From: a virus
IMG/VR virus record: IMGVR_UViG_3300027749_000093
Location: 1-64,000 of that record
Strand: one strand, 5' to 3'
Length of the DNA stretch: 64,000 nucleotides
Positions 58,523 through 64,000 of this stretch are shown here, in pieces (the stretch's first letter is position 1; each line of letters opens with the position of its first letter). The position numbers and the translations under genes are program-made. Under the pieces are notes generated by a model. It searched no databases. It worked only from the letters and a program-made list of their open reading frames with translations, and had not been told where the DNA came from.

Positions 58523-59443
58523 ATGAGATTAATAACTTTTATATGTGTTTTGTTTTTTGCGTTATCAATTAATGCACAAACTCAATATCCTCGTGGGTTA
58601 CCATCTCCATCATCAAATGGGTACATTAAAGAAGGTTATACTCAAATTGATAGCGGTATTATTACCAATGTCAGAGATACATTCCTTGCAAAGTACCCTA
58701 CGTTAATTAAATGGTCAGGTAATAATAAATACTACTATACCAACGGGAATGGTACTGCATGGTATCCGCTTACAACTAATGCTACTATATTTTCTGTAAA
58801 TTCAGGATGGGGATTAGTAAAAGTAAATGATTCTACTTTAAAGGCAGATACATCTATCAATGGTGTAGCTACATGGGCTTTACTGAAAAAGAAAATAGAT
58901 AGCATAGGTGCATTAAAGGTTAATTATACCGATACCGCATCTATGCTTTCTCATTATATCCGTACAGGTTCAGCCGGAACTGTTACATCTGTAGCTACAG
59001 GATTTGGTTTGTTAGGAGGAACAATAACTACTACAGGTACACTTAAAGCAGATACATCTAATGGAGGGCTTACTACATGGGCTTTGACTAAAAAGAAAGT
59101 TGATAGTCTTGGTGCAGTAAAAGTAAACATAGCAGACACCGCTTCCATGCTTACACCATATGTACGCAAATCTTCTACAAATTCTATTTTATATTCGGGT
59201 TCAGTAAACGTAGGTAATATTGTTACGGGTGGGGTTAATATAACCGTTACATTTCCATCTGCGCTAAGTACATCATCTTATTTTATCCTAGGCAGTATTG
59301 TAAGCAATGGAACTCCTGAATTAGATGCTACCGTTTTATGGGTTATTACAAACAGAAGTACAACAAGTTTTACTATACATTTTAGGGAGGATGCAGAAGT
59401 AGCACAAAACATAGCATTTGAATATATTTTATTTGCAAAATAA
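58523..59443 (+). CDS. Short fibre-like protein with signal peptide and C-terminal H-type-lectin/gp53-like domain
   Basis: MRLITFICVLFFALSINA|Q; GTVTSVATG..L.GGTITT.GT shared with long fibre; ITVTFP.A.....Y...TN..TTSFTI. Confidence 0.72.
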   Translation: MRLITFICVLFFALSINAQTQYPRGLPSPSSNGYIKEGYTQIDSGIITNVRDTFLAKYPTLIKWSGNNKYYYTNGNGTAWYPLTTNATIFSVNSGWGLVKVNDSTLKADTSINGVATWALLKKKIDSIGALKVNYTDTASMLSHYIRTGSAGTVTSVATGFGLLGGTITTTGTLKADTSNGGLTTWALTKKKVDSLGAVKVNIADTASMLTPYVRKSSTNSILYSGSVNVGNIVTGGVNITVTFPSALSTSSYFILGSIVSNGTPELDATVLWVITNRSTTSFTIHFREDAEVAQNIAFEYILFAK

Positions 59444-59449
59444 TTAAAG

Positions 59450-59701
59450 ATGGAACAAGGCTTACCGCAAAAAAGAAGATTAGGAATAACACAAGGGGAA
59501 CTTGCAGGGGTTGCAATACTTGTCGTAGGCGCAATATTGATGTTTTGGAAAACAACCGATGTGAGATTATCAGCATTAGAAATTCGTCTTAATGGACAGG
59601 ATAAAATGCAAGAACAAATTAATACAAAACTAGACAAGCTACAAGAAAGCATTAATACTGTCAACTTAACATTAAAAGATAAGGTTGATAAAAAACAATA
59701 A
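59450..59701 (+). CDS. Putative holin/antiholin (one TM plus coiled coil)
   Basis: Hydrophobic segment then heptad coil; lysis region. Confidence 0.55.
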   Translation: MEQGLPQKRRLGITQGELAGVAILVVGAILMFWKTTDVRLSALEIRLNGQDKMQEQINTKLDKLQESINTVNLTLKDKVDKKQ

Positions 59702-59718
59702 CAATTAAAACTACAATT

Positions 59719-59859
59719 ATGATTCAATTCATTACAGACAACAAAGCAGCCCTTTTAGGTGCAGCACTAGCAATCAGCGAAGTACTTGCTTCTATCCCAT
59801 CGGTTAAAGCAAATAGTTTATTTCAATTAATTTTCGGTTGGCTAAGTAAAAAACCATAG
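59719..59859 (+). CDS. Small holin-like membrane protein (46 aa, not in ORF track)
   Basis: MIQFITDNKAALLGAALAISEVLASIPSVKANSLFQLIFGWLSKKP. Confidence 0.65.
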   Translation: MIQFITDNKAALLGAALAISEVLASIPSVKANSLFQLIFGWLSKKP

Positions 59860-59860
59860 C

Positions 59861-60436
59861 ATGAAATACCTTATAGTATTTATTCTCATCTTGTCCTGTA
59901 ACCCACAAAAAAGGATAGCTAGACAAGATGAGAAAGCTATTAACTATGTATCTGCAAAAAAACCATTGCTAGATAGACTAACACCAATCGTATTAGCTAT
60001 ACATCCATGCGTTACAGAAGTAGTACGAACAGATAGCATAACTACATACGTTACAGATACTATAACACAAAGAATAAACGTACCCTACTCTGTATACAAA
60101 AACAAGGTACTTGATACAATTATAAACAACATATCTATTTTTGCTGATTCAACTACCATAATGCTTAAATACTTAGGTTCAGTAAAGATTCAAACAAATA
60201 CGGTTTTTAAGACGATTAAAGACGAGTCAGAGTTAAATCGATACAAAGACACACTAATTGTATTTAAGGTCAAGGAAGGGCAGTATATAGGGCAAATAAA
60301 GCAATTGCAGGATGATGTAATGGTTGCGGATAAGGGAAAAGACACATGGTTAAGAAACTTTTGGGTATTACTTGTATCTATGATATCAATTCAAATGCTT
60401 TTGTTGTACTTTAAATTAAAGAAAGGAAAACTATAA
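59861..60436 (+). CDS. Putative unimolecular spanin
   Basis: Lipoprotein signal ending ILSC, beta-rich middle, C-terminal TM helix and basic tail. Confidence 0.7.
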   Translation: MKYLIVFILILSCNPQKRIARQDEKAINYVSAKKPLLDRLTPIVLAIHPCVTEVVRTDSITTYVTDTITQRINVPYSVYKNKVLDTIINNISIFADSTTIMLKYLGSVKIQTNTVFKTIKDESELNRYKDTLIVFKVKEGQYIGQIKQLQDDVMVADKGKDTWLRNFWVLLVSMISIQMLLLYFKLKKGKL

Positions 60437-60948
60437 TGACAAAAAATTATTACACAGAATTCCTTGAGATAGAATACAAAAAAACATCTATCGATATGCC
60501 TACAGTAGTAGTATATGCTAAGACATTAGTGGGTAAGTACGATAAGGAGGTTGTAAGGGCTGCGTATTGTTGTTTCAGAAATGAAAGCGGTAATGGTAAG
60601 AATGGAGTCAACGGAAATTTTTCAGGAATTCAAGCAGACCAAGCTAAGTGGGAAGGATTAGATTTAACCAACGTAATAGGCACATCAGTTAAGAAAGATA
60701 ATTTTGGAGATGTAAGGAGATTCCTTTGCTTTAATGAGAAGGGATACCAAGCCTGTTTTGAATTTCTTTGTTATAAGTTCAAACAACGTGGTGTTTATAT
60801 TGGCGCAGAAAATATTGAAGATTCTAATAAATTAGCACTAGCCTATCTTACTAAATGGGTGGGCTTGTCGGCTAAAGATGCAGCAACGAAAACTGAAGAC
60901 ATAACCAACTTTAAGAGTTTATACAAAAGCAGTATAACCGCAATATAA
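60436..60948 (+). CDS. Putative endolysin (lysozyme-like/GH73-related)
   Basis: NESGNG...NFSGIQ...F..F pattern; end of lysis cassette. Confidence 0.55.
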   Translation: MTKNYYTEFLEIEYKKTSIDMPTVVVYAKTLVGKYDKEVVRAAYCCFRNESGNGKNGVNGNFSGIQADQAKWEGLDLTNVIGTSVKKDNFGDVRRFLCFNEKGYQACFEFLCYKFKQRGVYIGAENIEDSNKLALAYLTKWVGLSAKDAATKTEDITNFKSLYKSSITAI

Positions 60949-61000
60949 TTAAAGATTGTTTTCGTTTTTTTCGTGTGTTCATGGTTTATTGGTAGTGAAA

Positions 61001-61035
61001 ATGCCCCCGAAGTGGTTATCGGGGGTATCTTTTTT
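61001..61035. terminator. Probable bidirectional terminator between convergent units
   Basis: atgcccccga-N8-tcgggggtat with T-tract after and A-run before. Confidence 0.8.
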
Positions 61036-61149
61036 CATCTAGTCTTTTCTTGAATTACCATTCTTATCTACAAATTCTGAAGACTTGTACATAAAATACA
61101 GAAATCCAATATAAAATGCTAATAAGATGTAAGTCATAATTTTATTTTT

Positions 61150-61335
61150 TTAATATATTGAATCTGTTTCGGGAAGAATAATAACCCCATCTAAAACTCC
61201 TCTCGCTTTTGCGTAGGATATTAAATCCATACCTTTTTGAAATGTTTTGTCATCGTTTTGTATTGCGTGAATAATTTCCCCTACTATGGTTATTTTTTCG
61301 GGTAGTGACAGGTTGTTGTAGTTTTGGCAAATCAT
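61150..61335 (-). CDS. Hypothetical early protein
   Basis: ORF in tightly packed minus-strand block. Confidence 0.55.
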   Translation of the reverse strand: MICQNYNNLSLPEKITIVGEIIHAIQNDDKTFQKGMDLISYAKARGVLDGVIILPETDSIY

Positions 61336-61345
61336 GTTTTCGTGT

Positions 61346-61531
61346 TTAGTTAAGAGATAAAATTTCTAGCATTAGTTCTTCAAAGTATTCGTTGCATTCT
61401 CGCTTTGTTCCTTCGTGTACTTTCTTGTATCCTGAGTTAATCATCTCCCAATAATCTACAGAGTTTTGGCTATAGACTACGGGGCTACCTCCTTCTATTG
61501 GAGTTAATACTGCATAGGTTGTTGCATTCAT
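61346..61531 (-). CDS. Hypothetical early protein
   Basis: ORF in operon. Confidence 0.55.
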   Translation of the reverse strand: MNATTYAVLTPIEGGSPVVYSQNSVDYWEMINSGYKKVHEGTKRECNEYFEELMLEILSLN

Positions 61532-61821
61532 TTTAAGTTGATTTTAAGGTACTCAATTGCAGCCTTGATGGCTTCTAGTTTTAATTCGCTATCAGATACT
61601 TTATCGCTTTCAAATTGAACCATTTCTTGCCCATCTGAATGAATATTATATTGTTTAGTCATGTGGTTAATTATTAGTTCTACTGATATATCTTCTTCGG
61701 AAGAATTTATACTTTTTGCTTTAAAATGTATAATCTCCCATTCTTTGTTTGTTTCTACCATGTTTAATAATTTTCGGTGTGAATAGTTGTTTCTATTTTT
61801 TGTGTGGAATCCTTTAACCAT
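61528..61821 (-). CDS. Hypothetical early protein (true start probably MVETNK)
   Basis: ORF in operon. Confidence 0.55.
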   Translation of the reverse strand: MVKGFHTKNRNNYSHRKLLNMVETNKEWEIIHFKAKSINSSEEDISVELIINHMTKQYNIHSDGQEMVQFESDKVSDSELKLEAIKAAIEYLKINLK

Positions 61822-61982
61822 TTACAATATAGCATTGCTTTTTCTATGGCTACATCCCTAGTTAATATTTTTGATTCTGTTTTGTATAGAAAAAATTTTA
61901 TGTTTTTCCCGTTTAGCCTAATAACAATCCATGTTCCATCGGAATCAAATAAATCCACAACTTCTAATGTATTGTTTTGCAT
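61764..61982 (-). CDS. Hypothetical early protein
   Basis: ORF in operon. Confidence 0.55.
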   Translation of the reverse strand: MQNNTLEVVDLFDSDGTWIVIRLNGKNIKFFLYKTESKILTRDVAIEKAMLYCKWLKDSTQKIETTIHTENY

Positions 61983-61985
61983 GGC

Positions 61986-62171
61986 TTATTTTTTTACTAA
62001 TATAATTGAAAGTTCGGGAATTTCAAGGATATCAATCGGATTATTTGTTGTACCATCCCTACTGCGCTTTACCCATTGCGACAATGTGCCTAGTTTAATG
62101 CCATCTCGCTTTGCTTTCTGCGCTTGTGTACACCATACATCTAAATCAATAACTATTTTTTTCTTTGTCAT
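61986..62171 (-). CDS. Small HTH-like protein
   Basis: W.TQAQKA...GI...TLSQWV.R. Confidence 0.55.
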   Translation of the reverse strand: MTKKKIVIDLDVWCTQAQKAKRDGIKLGTLSQWVKRSRDGTTNNPIDILEIPELSIILVKK

Positions 62172-62343
62172 TTGTTTTGTTTTATTGTGATAAAAAATTT
62201 TCCCATCGTTGTTTGTCTTTAGCTATTTTAAGACGATTCTGAAGGGTTTTCACTTTGTTTAGTGCTGCGTATTTGTTTTTGCATTGCCCTGTCTCAATTC
62301 GCCTTAAAATAGCCTTAATTTGCATTTCTATTGGGTGCATAGC

Positions 62344-62607
62344 TTATACATTTATAATTTTAGTTTCTAAGCTATCTACATTTTCTAGGTGTAGCTGAAG
62401 GATAGTATTTTCAATGTTACCCATACAGGAAATAACTTTCCACATATTGATAGGGTTGTAATCATCTATCCTGTTATTAGTTACACCAACAATGTCACCA
62501 ATTACTATCCTTCTTTTTCTATTGTCAGGATACACAAAGATTGGTTTGTCAATCCAAATTGCTGCCAATGGCATTGGTTCTATTATTGCTTTTAAATACT
62601 TTTCCAT
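62344..62607 (-). CDS. Hypothetical early protein
   Basis: ORF in operon. Confidence 0.5.
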   Translation of the reverse strand: MEKYLKAIIEPMPLAAIWIDKPIFVYPDNRKRRIVIGDIVGVTNNRIDDYNPINMWKVISCMGNIENTILQLHLENVDSLETKIINV

Positions 62608-62792
62608 GCATCGTATTGTTTTAATTTGTCCTTTAATTTTAATAAATCTTTCCTGTCTTTTGTAAATGTTTCAAATACATATTTGTCTTCGTCATCTCTA
62701 AACGCATCAATAACTTTTTCAATTCTTTCAATGCGTGAATCCAACGCAACCAATAATGTAATTTTTTCTTCATACGTTAATTCTAAACTCAT
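62592..62792 (-). CDS. Hypothetical early protein
   Basis: ORF in operon. Confidence 0.55.
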   Translation of the reverse strand: MSLELTYEEKITLLVALDSRIERIEKVIDAFRDDEDKYVFETFTKDRKDLLKLKDKLKQYDAWKSI

Positions 62793-62804
62793 GGTTTTTA
62801 ATTT

Positions 62805-63446
62805 TTAATTTACGGAATATAATAAATAAGAATTGCACTTTTCTTTAGCAAAATAGTCAGCAAATAATTCTCTAGCTTTTTCTATTTTACTTGGTGGAAC
62901 AATCACATACTTATGTACACAAAATACATTGCTAGATTCTGTTACAATAATCTTGTACGGAATATCACCGAGACAAACAACTGCCTGTTGTAATTGTTCA
63001 TCACCATCTTTACTTGGACATGGGCTATCTGAAAACATACCCGTATCATTAGCCCCACAGATTGCGTATATAGGCTGCTGATAACCTCTCCAACCATCTG
63101 TCTTAATATACTGCAAGGTAGTATCAAAAATAGGCGCAACATTCTCCTCTGCTACTACTACCTCATCAGATACCTTAATCCATTTACCATCCCATTCTAC
63201 CCCGTTTAAATACCATTGAAAGTTACGTTGGTAGATAGTTACATTGGGTAGCTTGTTTAAGTGATTTTTAGTTGTGTTGGTTTGATAGCCGCAGTTAGTT
63301 ATCCACAACCCATCTGCCCTATGTTCAGCAATTCTATTACCGAATAGCAACAGGATTGTGCCATCTGTCTGAGAGTTACCATACTTTTTTGCTTTGCCAT
63401 TAATGAAAGCATTTTCTACAATTGGATTAAAATTTGAATAGCCCAT
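62805..63446 (-). CDS. Conserved two-domain hypothetical early protein
   Basis: L.GN.IA, G..T.TTK..LN.L...I.Q.NF.WY; TDGWRGY. Confidence 0.65.
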   Translation of the reverse strand: MGYSNFNPIVENAFINGKAKKYGNSQTDGTILLLFGNRIAEHRADGLWITNCGYQTNTTKNHLNKLPNVTIYQRNFQWYLNGVEWDGKWIKVSDEVVVAEENVAPIFDTTLQYIKTDGWRGYQQPIYAICGANDTGMFSDSPCPSKDGDEQLQQAVVCLGDIPYKIIVTESSNVFCVHKYVIVPPSKIEKARELFADYFAKEKCNSYLLYSVN

Positions 63447-63555
63447 GTTTTTTAGTTTTTTAGTTTATTAATAATTTTCTAAAATAGCACATAAAATAAA
63501 TGCTACTATAACGGCAATAATACCTTCGATTACTTCTTTTTTCATTTGGTTGATT

Positions 63556-63981
63556 TTAGGCTGCTGTTTCTTTAGCATCAATTCGTAATATCTCAATGAA
63601 TTTAGCATTGGCAGTTTCTACCAATCTCTTAATATTAGGGTAAATAGTTTTCTTTTCAGATGGTGTAAAATCAGGATAACTATTGTCTATAAATTTAGAG
63701 AATTTAATGTCACCATAACTATTGACATACCTAAAAGATTGCAGTATATTTTTTGATGTATATGGTGAATAATCACCCATTGTTCTAATCATTAAGGTAG
63801 CAGTAATCATATTGAAATCACCCATTTTTGCAAGTGATTTTTTAACTAGGGATTTAACAATTTCGTAATCCATTTGCCTGTCATATTCCGTAAAAATTGA
63901 TTCCTTTACTTCATAGGTAACAGACAAATTAGATACCCTTGTGTTTTCTAATAAAATTTCTAATGTAATAACTTTACTCAT
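63556..63981 (-). CDS. Hypothetical early protein
   Basis: 141-aa ORF. Confidence 0.6.
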   Translation of the reverse strand: MSKVITLEILLENTRVSNLSVTYEVKESIFTEYDRQMDYEIVKSLVKKSLAKMGDFNMITATLMIRTMGDYSPYTSKNILQSFRYVNSYGDIKFSKFIDNSYPDFTPSEKKTIYPNIKRLVETANAKFIEILRIDAKETAA

Positions 63982-64000
63982 GGTTGGTAGTTTTAAAATT

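Noticed and set aside
52304-59443. Diversity-generating retroelement or invertible fibre cassette
   Set aside because: No reverse transcriptase or invertase; repeats are direct and do not show adenine-specific differences.
1-64000. Stop-codon reassignment
   Set aside because: Long genes are intact in the standard code, and TAA, TAG and TGA all end genes.
1-64000. tRNA, rRNA, integrase or transposase genes
   Set aside because: None recognised by eye; a covariance-model scan would be needed to exclude small RNAs.

Overview
A low-GC 64 kb stretch of a tailed dsDNA phage genome. It is a podovirus-type phage of Bacteroidota, judged by TTTG...TAnnTTTG promoters, A-rich start regions without Shine-Dalgarno sites and Bacteroidota-type signal peptides. 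The virion module resembles crAss-related phages. Gene order: (1) minus-strand recombination and small genes, 0.15-11.4 kb; (2) plus-strand replication block (initiator, primase-helicase, SSB, DNA methyltransferase); (3) two GroES-like genes and a ferritin; (4) tail ring and nozzle genes; (5) ejection proteins, including a 3073-aa polyvalent protein with ART-like, zincin and RelA/SpoT-like domains; (6) terminase; (7) an eight-enzyme glycan cluster; (8) portal, scaffold and major capsid; (9) fibre module; (10) lysis genes; (11) convergent early genes. I recognised no integrase, DNA or RNA polymerase, tRNA or CRISPR array. Most notable: four genes of the fibre module carry Sec signal peptides and are strongly enriched in the Bacteroidota O-glycosylation sequon D-(S/T)-x. 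Together with the phage glycan cluster, this suggests exported, glycosylated phage fibres. Also notable are non-coding arrays of many different palindromes (possible operator decoys), a small gene nested out of frame inside the giant protein, and a 73-bp fold-back at the window start. All protein calls come from motif recognition by eye, not from database searches.
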